Made by a program: the position numbers and the translations under genes | Notes under the pieces: generated by a model | Told to the model about the DNA's origin: nothing | What the model saw: only the letters and a program-made list of their open reading frames with translations | Database searches by the model: none | Shown: positions 45,445 through 59,177 of the stretch, piece after piece | How positions within the stretch are numbered: position 1 is the stretch's first letter | How the letters are laid out: each line of letters starts with the position of its first letter | Origin: Pavona decussata | Lineage: Eukaryota | Direction of reading: 5' to 3' | Assembly (NCBI GenBank): GCA_977016875.1 | Contig: CDRNST010000091.1 | Span: 1,922,001-1,986,000, forward strand | DNA length: 64,000 nucleotides

Positions 45445-47541
45445 TTGCCTTCAGGAACCTTTTGGTCTTATCTTGAAAAAAGGAAGCGTAAGGAGGTAAT
45501 TTTTCAAAAACAACGTAACTTACATTAATACGAGTGATTCACCTGTTCCAGATTGAAAGTTAAATTCAATTTTATTGTACCGAGTACGACATTGATTGAT
45601 GAATTTTATTTTAATTTACTGATACGATCAACATCTAGGCAATTGTCAATAAAAAAAATACCGTGTTGTGTGCTTTTTAATAAACTTTCCATTAAAACTT
45701 TTTTAATGATAAGCAGTGCATTGACAGGTTCAAAGACTACATTGGTCTAATCTTGAAGGAATTACATTCATAAGTGGTTCTCACTCTTTTTTTAAATATT
45801 AGGATGCCTCCGTTAAATACCGGCGCACTGCCTCTACCTTTGCAGCAAAAACAGGTCTATAATTAGAACACCCCATCTGGTATCATGCACAGTTTGCTTT
45901 GCCACGAAAGAAAAATATGAGATCTACCTTTGCGCTATTGAATAAACACTGCAGATACTCAATTTCTTCCTCTCAATTTCTTTCATACGGCCAAGCTGTA
46001 TCAAAGGGGTTGACTATAAGAGTCGACAAGCCATAGTTCAAATGAACAAAATTAGTCCATCTGTATGGGTCGAAAGATGGCTTTTTTAGGTCGTATCCGG
46101 TCGACAGTTTTGGACATGTATTTGTGAAAATTCCCTTCGTTTTAAGATTTGGTCTGTTTTTGCCTTCCCCTTGGTACACGATCGTTAGAGACGCAAACCT
46201 CTCTTATGCCTGTAGAAGGGGTTTCGGTAATCGCCGCACCTTCTGCCGACCATTCCACGAAAGCACATTTTGTATCAATGCGCTTGGAGTGTTTTCGTTA
46301 GACGTTCACTTAGGTCGGGGATTTTTATATGACACTTTCCCCGCAGGTATTTCCGCTTTTTGTGTGTGTGTGTGGGGGACAGATTGTTTCAGCAAAATTC
46401 GATTAAAATATAAAAGAAAACAGCATCTTAATTCTTATGTTAAAATAGAGTCCTGTAATACATTTCACTCCTCACCATGAGATATACCTAGCTTAATAAT
46501 TACCTACAGTGCAATTTGAAATTTAAGGAGGGTCAAATAAATCTTACAAGAAGATTGGTCTAAACGCAAAAGGTAATAGGAACGTTTTAAAGAAAGTCAA
46601 TAAGTTAGTTTCCTGGTTGCACAGGAAAACTGTAAAAACAAGAGCATGAGCTTCGCAAAGATGGAGATATTTTAAGGACCGCAACCAGCAATTAAAATTT
46701 GCGAATCTCTTAAGGCTTAAATAACAATATATTTAGCACACTTGTGGTGAACTTGACAGAAAGGACCTCTGCCTTTTTTCAATGGTAATGCTGCCGCCTT
46801 TTTTGGGAGCAGGGGAAGAGGATCCTCAAACACATTACCAATGGCCTTCATTACCAATTGTATTTTTTCATTTTTTTTAGGACTATACTATAACAAACTA
46901 ACAATTTATTGTAAAAAGAAAACTGCAGTGCCAGTTTACACTTTTATAACGAACCGAGATTTATTAGGAAACGTTGGATTGGAAATACATCAGCACCTTT
47001 TATGCAACAGGGATATTAATCTTAAATGTCCTTGAATAAAACCCCCCAAAATATATATTTGACATGTTCTTTCTAAACATTTAATAACATGTTTGAATGA
47101 TTAAAAGTGATTCTCTGAACCTTGCTAGGTAGAAATTTAGGTCTTGAAAAAATAGCAGAAATACCCACCTGCTGTAATTTTAATTATTAGATGGTACCTA
47201 AATTGGTTATGCTTTAAGGTAACAGCAATGTTTCATTTTGATACTGGCAAGAAAATTATTGGAATAACGCGTACCACGCTGGCATTAATTAAGTTAGTTT
47301 ACTTTAAGCTGGAAACCCACTCACATCAAAAGTCATTCAAAGTTGCCTCAGCTTCGCAGAGGTCACTTGATCATTCAAACGTTTCACTATTTCGTGAAAG
47401 CGTCCTGGAGAACTTTGAGAAAAATAAGACTTCGCGAGAGTTGTACTTCTACGATAATCTGAGTTGAAATTAATCTTTCACTGTTGAATTTATCCGGCAA
47501 CTTAGTAGAAGCATCGTTTCTTCTACGTAGCTCAAACTACC

Positions 47542-48528
47542 ATGTACAAAAACGCAACTAATTTTTCTTCTCCTGGTCCTTTGAGCTTTTGCAGCATAGA
47601 CGGAACGACAAGAAACCATAGTTCCTCTTACTACGCAGTAACATTTGCCACTTCAGTTATCATTGCCATTTTGTCACCAGTGGCATTGGGAGGAAACATA
47701 TTGATTATGGAGACAATTTGGAAGAACGCTTCTCTCAGAACACCATCTTACATTCTTCTGTGTGGTTTGGCCCTCACTGATCTTTACACAGGACTCGTAA
47801 AACCGCCTTTTACAGTTGCTTTCCAGCTTCTTTGCCTAGATTCAATCGAAGGAGTAGCAAGACAGCAGGCATTTAAACGGTATGCACTGGCTATTTCCGC
47901 AGGCGCTGGCAGTTACACCATGCACTTAACTTTGTTGTTGATTATGCTTATGTCTGTCGAACGATGGTTGTACATGACTCATCATCGATCATTGCTGACT
48001 GTCCGCCGGAGCTGTTTCATCGTTGCAGTACTATCCCTACTTCTGCTGCCAGTTGCAGTACTTCGCTGTGTTAGTATCTTGAAAATAGCCAGTTCACCTT
48101 ACGATGTCACGAAAGAGATTTCATTCATTCTACTTCTTTCTTGCCTTATTGTCACACCAATTACTTATTTTAAAGTTTTCCGGATTATACGTCGTCATCG
48201 GCTACGAGTTCAAGACAATCGACCCAAAAAATCAACAAAACGACAAAACTTTGGTCAACCGTACATCAACTTAGCAGAGTACAATAAATCCGTTTTTTCG
48301 ATCCTGTCTATAATAGCGTTACTTCTCCTTGGTTATCTGCCTTTTCTTGTCTTCGTTTTACTTTCGTTTTTGTACAGTTATTCTGAACTAAATTTGGTGC
48401 TGAAAACAGCGGTGATGGTTTCGTTCTTCCCTTCTTCTCTCAATCCTATCCTCTACATTTGGAGAATGAAGGACATTCGTGATGGGGTTAGACAATTGAT
48501 AAAAGAACTATATTGCTGTAGTCATTAG
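47542..48528 (+). CDS. Intronless class A GPCR (328 aa)
   Basis: Intact ORF with GN, LRTPSY, LALTD, SVERW, YLPF, SSLNPILYIWRM. Confidence 0.9.
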   Translation: MYKNATNFSSPGPLSFCSIDGTTRNHSSSYYAVTFATSVIIAILSPVALGGNILIMETIWKNASLRTPSYILLCGLALTDLYTGLVKPPFTVAFQLLCLDSIEGVARQQAFKRYALAISAGAGSYTMHLTLLLIMLMSVERWLYMTHHRSLLTVRRSCFIVAVLSLLLLPVAVLRCVSILKIASSPYDVTKEISFILLLSCLIVTPITYFKVFRIIRRHRLRVQDNRPKKSTKRQNFGQPYINLAEYNKSVFSILSIIALLLLGYLPFLVFVLLSFLYSYSELNLVLKTAVMVSFFPSSLNPILYIWRMKDIRDGVRQLIKELYCCSH

Positions 48529-48640
48529 AGGAATAGTTTTTTTTTAAGTTTTCTTTCTTGTTGTTGTTGGTGTTTTGCATTACGTTTAACATTTTTGAAA
48601 GTTATCCACTTAACGATGAGCGTGGCTTGTCACCACCACC

Positions 48641-49381
48641 AAATAGCCTCTTACAAAAACTAGGTTATCGACTATCAGTGTTCAACGGAATTTTTCACAT
48701 GCTGGATAAGAGAAGTCTAATGGCATACTTTAATGGCCTTGTCCTACCACATCTGGATTATGCTGATGTTATATGGGGAACCTGCCAGGTCTAACAATAC
48801 AGATGAAACAATCGCAGTCTTTTCGCTTTGAAAAACAAATTGTAAGGGCAAAGGTGACATCAGCTGAGGCCCTGACATTGTTGCGGTGGATCCCATTGCA
48901 CGCTAGGCGTACCGGCCGTTGATGTCGTCTGGTGCAAGATGCATTGAAGGGAAAGATCCCCGAACATCTCGATGTCTTCAATTCTACAATAAGCCAACGG
49001 CACAGTTATAATACTCGGAACGGTTACATGCCCAAAATCAGCAGGCCAAGAACGGAATGGGCCAGAAACAAAACATATTATAAAGCAATTAACGATTGGG
49101 CCTTACTGCCAAGCGAGCTCAAGAGATTGATGCCGAAAACGATTTTTAAACGCAAATTGAAATTTTTGAATTTTTAGTTTTGAACGATTTTAATCACGAA
49201 CTGCTCAGTTTTATATTTTATAAAACATTTAACTTCAGTTAGTATCTTTCACTGAACCTTAGTTGTGTCCCAGGTTTTAGCTGCATTTAAGTTTTATTTT
49301 AATGTATTTTATTTTAGAGGACCCTCCCGAAAACTGCCGTCAGGTGATCGGAGGCCTTCTCTTAAAATGTTTTTATTATTA

Positions 49382-49452
<71 letters not shown>

Positions 49453-49464
49453 GTTAGTATTATT
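48641..49464 (+). mobile_element. 5'-truncated LINE (CR1/L2 group) 3' end with (TTA)n tail
   Basis: Broken ORF2 C-terminus (YFNGLVLPHLDYADVIWG, HSYNTRN, DWALLPSELK), 3' UTR and (TTA)n tail at 49374-49463. Candidate target duplication ACCACC at 48635 and 49465. Confidence 0.8.
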
Positions 49465-50310
49465 ACCACCTAGTTTTTAATTTATGATGAAACATGAACC
49501 AATCAGCTCGCACTATACAATTGCACAATCACAGTTATCAATTTTTAGAATTACGTCCCAAATACAATCTTTGGAAAGGGTGGGGCCTTATTTTAAATTC
49601 TGGGTTTTAAAATAAGCTTTTCCAAATTTTTAGCACGCAACTGACTGAAGTATTGCACTAGGAGTTTTAGTGTCCTCAACACAATAATACCTCTGACCAT
49701 GATTGAGTTTTCAACGTTTCCCATAGATAAATGACTGATGATTTGAACTTTGGTACGCCATTTTGAAGTACATTATTTAATTATTTTTTTCCTAATATGG
49801 GAAGAAGGCTTTCAAGAGAAAGGAAGGTATTTGCTAAAACCACGGCCCCTGGACGAATGGAGGACTTAAACAAAACCGGACGGGACGCATAATAAAGGGT
49901 ATTTTCGACGTTTTTTTCTTCTTTTTCCTGCAATTTATTTCCAATTGCTTTTACATTTTCAGTTTTATTAGTATGTGCAATCTTCCTTACTGTAATTGTA
50001 AATATTTGGCTGTTCATAAGAATTTAATCATCAATAAAAAATATTGTAAAAAAAAATGAGCTTTTGTGGTGTCTTACTTATAGCTAGGTGATTTTTGGAA
50101 TTTTTAAAAACTACTACCAAAATCTGTTTTTAAAACCGAAGATCAATAACAGCGATAAAGGGCAAGTATGCACTTTAAATGGATTTTGGGACTGAAGCAC
50201 TTCAAACAAAACTACACCGTCAATCGAATTTTCTATATTTTAGTGTTATCTAGAGAAAGATATCCTAAAGCACCCTTCTAGATATTAGGTCCTAGTCTTC
50301 AGGAGAAGGA

Positions 50311-50324
50311 AATGATGATGATGC

Positions 50325-50380
<56 letters not shown>
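50311..50380. repeat. (GAT)n microsatellite
   Basis: Seen directly. Confidence 0.95.
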
Positions 50381-52114
50381 TTAGATCCAGTTTTCTTTGA
50401 AAAATTACTTATTAGCAACTGATTATTACGACATTAGTATAGTCAATACAAAACTCCAGCAAGAGGCATCTCTTGGCATCGTGTCCTCACTAATATTCAT
50501 AATATTTCTGAGGAATGCAATATTTCCTCAAAAAAATTAATTTATCAGTTTTCATTATTGTATTTTCCGTTTAATCTAAATGAATATCCAGGAATGTATC
50601 CTAAGTATTTTTTTCAGAACGATAGTCTATCTTTGACATAAGAATAGCCTATTGTTAACCAACGATACTTAGAACACATTTTAACTAAGGAGGGCTTCGT
50701 GAATCTAGCCCCAGCATCCTCGGTGTTGTGTAAGGATAAGGATTTTAAATGGACCAATGTCTTCTTACACCAGTTCCTTCATCAGACATCTGACATATTA
50801 CCTGGGTTGAAGTATAGAATTTTTTGTAAACGGTAGATCCTGAGGTACATTTAACTCCTTGTTATTTTAAACTTGCTTGATTACTCTTCCGCTACCTAGA
50901 CCTACATAAAGTCTTAGCCGAGATTGGGCAATATAACCAGCAAAAGCCTAAAACTCGTTGAATTCTCTTAGCTGAATTGTAGTCTTATTTATTTGTTTGT
51001 TTGTTTGATTGTGTAATAAAAACGAAAAGAATTTACGGAGGAGGCTGATTTGAACTGACGCCAAATTGTTACAGTGATTGTTATACTTGCAAGTGAAAGT
51101 CCTGGTCTAATAGTATTGTCCAATCAAGACATACATACACTACATGTGGGTAGATAGTCTTGGACGATCGAAAATCATAATACTTTTGTATAAAACTTCT
51201 TTCTTCACCATGCAACTACAACTGATTTGATGGAGTAGTACTTAACAAAAGGGAGCAATTGTTAATTTAAGTGGACCGGCCATGCATCAGTCGGAAAGAA
51301 GTAACAAGTGGGTGCAGCAAGTTTAGAAAGCAAAGAAGAGGACTATTTTGTTCGCTTTGACTTCTGATTAGCTTCCACACCATTTTAGACAACAGTGTTG
51401 AACTACGCAGTAAAAAGATTGATTGTAAACATTATTTTTACTGGAATGACAATATAAAGAACTTGAAAAATTTTTCTAAGGGGAACTAGTTTATGTAAAA
51501 AATAACACAGCGATAATACACGTGCATTAATCTAAAGTAAGATAACAACAACCACATCTTTACCTTAGACTTAAAGTTAGTTTCAAAGTACTGCAGTATT
51601 TATTGTTCTTAGATTGTTTTTGGAATTATCGGAGGTTTGAAATGATTGGAATTATCGGAGGCTTGATCAAATAATTTTGATTGTCCTTTTGAATCCTTCC
51701 TTCTAATTTTCATTTTCTTTGTAATTTCTAACCAATGTAGCCTTCTTACCATGTGAAAATCTAGTATGGCTTGCAAAAAAGAATCCAGAGTCCACCAAGT
51801 TAGTTTTATTGTTCGATCGATGCTGACCGGCATTGTTCTTTCTGCATCTCTCCCGTATCAAAGGAAACTCTTATGCTGAAGAAATTAGTAAAAGCACTAG
51901 TCTTTTTTCGATGCTTGAAACTAAGGTGATTGTTGAAAAATACTAACTGACCAAGTCGACAAGGCATACATTATACATTTTTACGTCTCACACTTTTTAT
52001 TAAAACAACAATAACAAGCCGATATTTAGTTTTTTCTATATCTATTTATTGCAGGTGAACAAAGACGTGGCATACTTCTTGCACTTTCTGACCAATACAA
52101 AGACAATACAATAC

Positions 52115-52115
<1 letters not shown>

Positions 52116-52159
<44 letters not shown>
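52116..52159. repeat. (TTA)n microsatellite
   Basis: Seen directly. Confidence 0.95.
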
Positions 52160-52180
<21 letters not shown>

Positions 52181-52357
52181 AATAGTGTACCATCATTTTT
52201 TTTACATCACACTTGCATATCTCACAGATTTTTTCTCACACACAAACAATAACACTGTGACAAGTTAAAACAAAAGTGAAGTATAACAAAATTTAATTAA
52301 ATTTAAAGACTACATGACATATTGCATTATTGCGGCAGCTGCAACTTAAAATAATTA

Positions 52358-52816
52358 CAGTCGACTCCCGATAACTCAAACCCTCGATAACTCAAGCCTC
52401 CCTATAACTCGAAGAAACAATTTTCCTTTCCCTTGAGGTCATGTTCTATGTAATTTACCTTGAAAAGCCGTGACTGGTCAAAACAAACAGTACTACAGTC
52501 TAAAGCCTTGAATTTATCTTAAAGCAGCCTTTGTGCTCTTTGTCTTTTTTTTTTTTTTTGCATTAATTTAACGTGTCAGTCCAGTTCAAGTTCTCAATCA
52601 TTCCTAGTCTTCTCCTGCTGCTCTGTTTTGTTTTCTTTTGTTTTGTTTTGTTTCATGTTATGTTACGTTCTGATTTATAATTTGGAAATATGGTTCCATT
52701 TTCACTTGACTTCTCTATAATTACACTGTTTGAATAGAAAATACTCACAAAACACCGGTATCACCATTTGCTCCCAACTCCCGATAACTCAAGCCTTTTT
52801 CAATTTCCCTTGAAGG
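52358..52816 (+). mobile_element. Tc1/mariner (pogo/Tigger-like) MITE remnant
   Basis: TA|CAGTCGACTCCCGATAACTC start with repeated cgataactc subterminal motifs, recurring near 52780. No right TIR was found. Confidence 0.55.
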
Positions 52817-53075
52817 TACTAATTTCCCTTGAAGCTACTAATATAAGTGGGGAAAGGGGCACATTGTTCTTCTTGACACCTGAAATTAACTTTCATATTT
52901 TTCAATGCGGTACTTAAATTTAATTTTGGTTATAAAGTCGAAGAGAAGCAATGCTTCTTCGTTTAGTTTCTAGGCATATATATATCTTCTGATGAACACC
53001 TTGGTATTTTAATATCTCATTCGAATCATTAATGCCATTGTAAGTTTTTTTCTCATTTTGTGTATGATTAATGTC

Positions 53076-53980
53076 TCAGTTGTTATTGCAGAATAATTTT
53101 TTCACTCCATTCCGAACATCATTCATTCTCCAAACGTAAAGGCATGGGTTGAGAGAAGACGATAAAAATAATAGCACCAAGGAAATAGTTGTCGCCACTG
53201 CCGTTCCCGAATTTTCACCTACATGAACAAACACCCCGAGAGAGATAATAAAGGGCAAGAAACATAAACAAAATAAAGCTAGAATATACAAGATAGTTCT
53301 CACAGATTTCTTGTACGTCGCCAAGTTAATCGCCGGCTGAGCAAAATTCTGAGATGGTGCATTTGCTTGAACCCGTTGTTGATGTCGTCGAATTATTCCT
53401 AAAACTTTGACATAGCAACAGTTGTAGTAAGAAAACAAAGCAGCATTTCTGCGATAATCACCATTTCAAATTCATGCCATCTGAGATTTTTCACCTTTTG
53501 CAGCCCCATAAGTACAGCATTTGGAATTGAAAGGAGCGATAACAAAATGGCGGTAACACAACCACGACGCCATGTCACCAAGGTTGTTCTCATTTGAGAC
53601 ATATGAAGCCATCTTTCGATTGACATGAGTGTTATAATGAGTAAAGTCATTGTAATCAAGTAAGAGGTGCTGGCATATGAAATCGCTGTTATAGCGATGA
53701 AAAGAACTGGCCGGTCGGTAGCTAATGTGGAATTCACTGAGTAAAGCCAAACGTTAGCAGCAGTGAACGGTTGGGCGATGAGTCCCGTACACAAATCTGT
53801 AATTGCTAATCCGCTCAGTAAAACATGAAAAGATGTTCTCTGAAATGTCCTTTTCCAAATTGCCCCCAAAACCAGCGCATTTAGCACCACTGCCACTGGC
53901 GATAAAACAGCGAGGATGATGGAACTTGTGAAAGTACTTGTGTAATCAACGAGCTGCGAATCTCGTGTGGTCATCACCAC
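53076..53980 (-). pseudogene. GPCR (FQRTSFH subfamily) with a frameshift at the end of TM5
   Basis: ORF 53399-53980 (TM1-TM5) and ORF 53076-53438 (ICL3-TM7) join with a 1-nt change near 53412. The true start is uncertain. Confidence 0.83.
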
Positions 53981-55287
53981 ACTTTTCGCTTCTAGAAAAG
54001 GATAACCTGATCAGCTTGGTGACCTTTTTCACTAAGTCAAGTCGCGAAAACCAAGCTTCAGGAGAAGCTGTTGAACGTACAGTTGGATTGGAGTTGTTAC
54101 TGGTTATTGATTGTTTTCACCACTTTTTGTGTATTTATTTCACCGATGGCAGAAGTCAAAATAAAAACCTTTCACCTTTTTCAGCAGGTGTAAACACATC
54201 AAGTTCCATTCTTTTACCACTTAATTAAAAAGTTGTTTGCATGAGACTTCCTTTTAATAACTTAGATTGACTTTTATTTACAATGATTGATTGAAGATTG
54301 AAGGAGGGTGTACCGGATCTTTAATCTTTGGCCGTTCCACCTGCGTATTTTTTAAATTCAATTTCGTTTAAATAAAATGATTATAGTGTAATCTTAATTT
54401 CCTGACATCTAAACAAATCGTTGATTTATCAATCTCAAAAATCAACCTGTGACTGTAATTGACTTCTGCTGCTGCTGCTTTACATGCTAAAAGGGAAATG
54501 CTCCTTGTGGAGTGTTATTTTATCTTTGTCTTTACTCAAGTAAAGATATATTATTTTAGTTTAGTGTTTACTGCATTGCCTTCTGAGCCAGTACCCTCAT
54601 AGCGTATTTGTTCAAGAATTTCTTAAGGCTCTTTCTCTAAGCTAAAGTTCATTTTGAATAGATCGAGAAAGTATTAAATATTTATAGGTTTTCTCAAATA
54701 ATTTCTACAAGATATATGTTCAGTTGAATATAGCTAAAAGTATGATTCCACGTTACATCACAGCATCTTTCTTTATAAATCATGAATGCATAAAACGAGC
54801 TAAAAAAGCTAAAAAAATACTTATTATCTTACACTATCTGTAAGCGCGTACTGTACTTTCTTCTTTACAATAGACTTGATCAGCCGTAAATTTCACTGCG
54901 AAAAAGGCAAGTTTTTCAGATCCCAGGCTCGTAAGGATGATAGTATAGTACTATTTTAAGCAGATATTTGCACCAAAATGCGGTGCTAAGGATGTTTGCT
55001 CAAGAAAGGTTTACTGACTACAGATGTAATATTACCGTTTTGGATCAATGAAGATAAACTTGAGACGCCGTGAACTCTCATCAACTCTGTAGCGTATCTT
55101 AAGTGGAATTTCTCATAGTGGAAGACCCAAAATTGGATCGGGGAATAAACAATTGCTCAAAATGATAACTGCCTTCCTCCGCTGCGTAATGCAGAATATA
55201 TTTCTGTCACGGTATTATTATCACATGCATACACCAATTTCCATCAACTTCATTCGATTGTGACCAAAGTGAAGTTATTGCTTTTCG

Positions 55288-56247
55288 CTAACCGCTTGAG
55301 CAAAATAATTGTTTTACTGCTTTGCGAACATCATTCATTCTCCAAACGTAAAGGCATGGATTGAGTGAGGAAGATAAAAATAAGAGAACTATGGACAAAC
55401 TGTTTGCAAGCCATAATTCTTGAAAGTCGTCACCCCTTACATGGACATACACCCTTAGACAAACAGCATAAGGCATGAAACAAATATAAAACAAGCCGAG
55501 AATATACAAGATTGTATTCACAGATTTCTTGTACTTGGCCAAGTTTATCGCCTGTTGACCAAAATTAGCAGATCGTTCGTTTGCTTTTACTTGTTGTCGA
55601 TGGTGACGAATAATACGTAGGACGCTCAAAGAGGCGACGGATGTTATAATTAAAAAAATCAGTGATAGTGTTGGAAGCGCGATATGTAGCACAATTGCAG
55701 GAGTTAACTCTATGGCTTCTAATGCATGAAGAGCTGCGAAAGGAGTAGGCAGGAGCAATACCACAGCAACGACAACACCTCCACGACGCGATGTCACCAA
55801 GGATCGCCGAGTCATATGAAGCCATCGTTCAACAGACATGAGTGTTATAAGAAGAGCTGTGGCGCAAATAAAGTAGGTTGAACTGGATTCTCCAATGGCG
55901 CCTATCGTTATAGAAATCTGTGGCTTCTTATTACAATCAGACGCTGAGAACAGCAACGCATGTACGGCAGCAATAGGTTGGGCAATTAGTCCCGTGCATA
56001 AATCGGTGAACGCTAATCCACTCAGAAGGACATGAAAAGTTGTTCTCTGACACATCTTTTTCCAAATTGCAGCCAAAATCAGTGTATTTGCCGTCACTGC
56101 CACCGGTGACAAAATCGCAATAACAACGAAACATAAGAAGGAAGCCGTATGGATGTAATAACCGTTTTTCCTTTCCTCAGCTAACAAGCCACAAACAGGA
56201 AGGGAAACATTATGTGAAGAACTTGGAAATGTTGTGTTGTTGGACAT
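55288..56247 (-). CDS. Intronless class A GPCR (319 aa), QRTTFH subfamily
   Basis: Intact 7TM ORF with LAFTD, SVERW, CFMPY, SSSLNPCLYVWRM. Confidence 0.92.
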   Translation of the reverse strand: MSNNTTFPSSSHNVSLPVCGLLAEERKNGYYIHTASFLCFVVIAILSPVAVTANTLILAAIWKKMCQRTTFHVLLSGLAFTDLCTGLIAQPIAAVHALLFSASDCNKKPQISITIGAIGESSSTYFICATALLITLMSVERWLHMTRRSLVTSRRGGVVVAVVLLLPTPFAALHALEAIELTPAIVLHIALPTLSLIFLIITSVASLSVLRIIRHHRQQVKANERSANFGQQAINLAKYKKSVNTILYILGLFYICFMPYAVCLRVYVHVRGDDFQELWLANSLSIVLLFLSSSLNPCLYVWRMNDVRKAVKQLFCSSG

Positions 56248-57339
56248 GGTATTGATCTATCATGAACGTTGGCAACCAAATTGAATAGGTGATTTTAGTA
56301 AATGTATTGATGATTTCACCAGGTTCAGGTTCATCTTTTTTACTGGCAAATGTATTTTCATCACCAGTAGCCACATGAATGATTTCTAACCTTGATGTTG
56401 TCTTCCCTACAGCGGAAATTCGCGTATTGTCTAACGTTTGCGAACATTGTCGAGAAAACTAATAAATTCCATGTTTCACCGTTGTTATTACTATTTGGAC
56501 TGAATGAAGTGTGATTTGGAGTGCCTTGCTCATTAAATACCTTCTTGGGATCAAGAGAGTGTCACGTAACTTAATTAAAGTAGACCTTTGTTTTTATTTG
56601 TGATCTTTTTATTATTTTTTTATTGATTAAAGGAGGTTTCCTCATTAGAAATTTTTAGGGGAAATTAGTTTGGCTTGGTGCAGATCATCATTTGGATTGA
56701 TAGTAAAATAGATTTTCATCCTGTTGTTAATATTCATGACGCTAATACCTAAAAAACGGAATTTCATTAAACTTAGAAAACAAACATTGGCAGGATTTTA
56801 ATATAGATGGTAACAACGTATTCCTAGCTCGTTTTTAATTTCCTGAAAAATCAACATGAAAAAAATAATCCTTGCAGGTACGTAGATATAGTCATTATTA
56901 ACGGCTACTGCGAAAAGTCTCAATAAGAGTTTAGTTATTACTGTTATTAAACGGTAGTTAAATGGCCATTAGAGTATTTTCTTTTTTCAGGAAGTATAAG
57001 ATGGTAGAACATTGGTTTGGATAAGAACATTTTAAATTAATGGACTAATTATTTTTCTAACCAAAGAAGTTGTGCTGCCCTTAAGGTATACTCCGCAAGC
57101 CGTTCCGGTAGCAGTTGAGAATCGTGTCATAAGGGAACGTGGTGGAAATACAAATTTATTGAAATTTCAGTCATTCACTCCTCGGCTTGTCTTTTTTTAA
57201 CATAAAAGCTTCCATTTAGGATGATCGTTCTAACTTACCATGCCAAGAGACAGTATTGCTCGAGAAGCAGGATAGCAAGGGGGTGCACTGGCGATACGAG
57301 CTCACGTCATGCCAAGTTGTAAGATGATGACGAGCAGTA

Positions 57340-57810
57340 GATAACGAAAAGAACAAGGATGACACGTGAAAGAGGATGAGGAACGGGATGAAGATTAGGA
57401 TGAGGTTATGCGTGGGGATGAGGGTTAGGAGGAGGAGGGAGAAAAGGAGGAGGAGTAGGAGAAGAAGGAGGAGGAGCAGTAACAGGACGAAAATGAGATG
57501 ACGATAAGGAAGAGAAAAATCAGGATGGGAATGAAGATGATTATGAGGATGGTGATGGGGATGAGTATGGGAATGAGAATAGAGATGACGATGCTTATGA
57601 GGCTAAACGTGAGGATGGGGATACAGATGAGGGTAAAAATGAGAATGAAGATGGTGAATGGGATGAAGCTGGGACGTTGGATAAGGATGGGGATGAGGCT
57701 ATGGTTGAGGTTGAGGTTGAGGTTGATCATGAGGATAAAGCTGAGGATGCAAATTAGGATAACAGTGAGGATTATGATTATGTTTCGTTGCTGGTGGTGG
57801 TGATTGTTAT
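57340..57810. repeat. Purine-rich low-complexity tract (GAGGAT/GGGATG-like hexamers)
   Basis: Strongly C-depleted + strand with 6-nt periodicity. Confidence 0.9.
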
Positions 57811-59177
57811 GAAGGACATTTTACATAGAAGAAAAGAGTAATTATCCTGGATTAACGTGGTTCTTCAAGGACTTTTCTGTAAAGCTAACTTAAATGATGG
57901 CTTCTCATTATCATCAGCAGGCTTGAATATTAGAATCCAGCCTTTTATGGATCGATCTGTGTGACAGAAATAGCAAGTTTATAGCTTTTCTTGTTGAACG
58001 ATTTGAAGGGAAATATGATCTTAACTCTAGTTCTGGATCTAAGTCTGGAACAAATAATGGAGAAGGAACTGAAAGTCGCTTGCCCGAAGAGAACATTTTT
58101 AAATGTTCTTTCCGGCCAGGCGACTTTAAAAAGTCACGGCAACTGCTGTTCAACTTGATGAAACAAATAGTTAAAGGAAAGGAAAGTAATGAAAAATTCG
58201 AAATCGTGTGTGGTAACTTCAAGGATTGGAGGATAGATCAAGCATCAAAGAGACAATTAAAAAAAGAGACGGTAGCTTTGATTGTCGCTGAGGGTCATTT
58301 GAGCACATAATGGTAAGAGTTCAGTTTCTATTTTCCCTGCAAAGCGTTCGAGAAATATAGACATTAACACAGAATCAATCGAAAACCTCTCCAATTTTTC
58401 TCATTCTTATATTAATTCTCCTTTCCAGTCCCCCTGGAAAAGGCTAAAAAATAAAAGGCTCTGTAAAATAGCATGAAATGCTTAAAGGGAATCAACTGAA
58501 AAAGAAATCACCAAAGGAGAAAGGCAATTTACCTGAATGCCTGCATTTCTTTACCTATCATGCTTAAAAAAAAGTTTAGCAAGTTTAATGTGATTTGAGT
58601 CTGTAAACTGTCGGTGACTTCAAAAAGATTTGATAGCAATTTCACTCTACCATGAGAATAGGGCACATGCACTGTCGCAACATAAAAATTCACACTGCCA
58701 TGATATCGTCGTAAAATCATGCTAAAAATGGCAGGTTATTTACACAGACAATTTTAGACTGCACTTAAAGCCGACAAAATGGTTGGCAAAATCACATCAA
58801 AACTTGGCTGTGCAAACACAGAGTTGACGTTTTATTTTACTACATCTTAAAATCTTTAATTGGCTCTAAAAATCATTTTGCGGGGACACCTTTTGGTCAT
58901 GGATATTATATATTATTACTTATTAATATCATCTGAAGCAATTCAATAGCTACTGAGAGAAAATTCTAGATTGTCAACACTATTGAGGTTTCATATGTCA
59001 CTGATAATATATTTCGATAATTAATTACTGTTGTGGTAGGGTTTCGTGGGAAAAACAGCTGGATCACTAGTTCTTTTAGCATATCAATGTTATTGAAATT
59101 TTGGAGTCGTGAATAGGTAGATCACAACCGAAGTGTCGGCAATCCGTGAGCGTTCCTCTCACGGTACAAATTAGAAC

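Noticed and set aside
50600-51850. Possible decayed coding sequence
   Set aside because: Short open stretches with many stops and no motif I can identify; needs BLASTx.
49265-52252. Poly-Leu (49265-49480) and poly-Tyr (52049-52252) ORFs
   Set aside because: Translations of (TTA)n microsatellites.
57425-57803. ORFs rich in Met/Arg or Ile/Leu
   Set aside because: Translations of a low-complexity hexamer tract.
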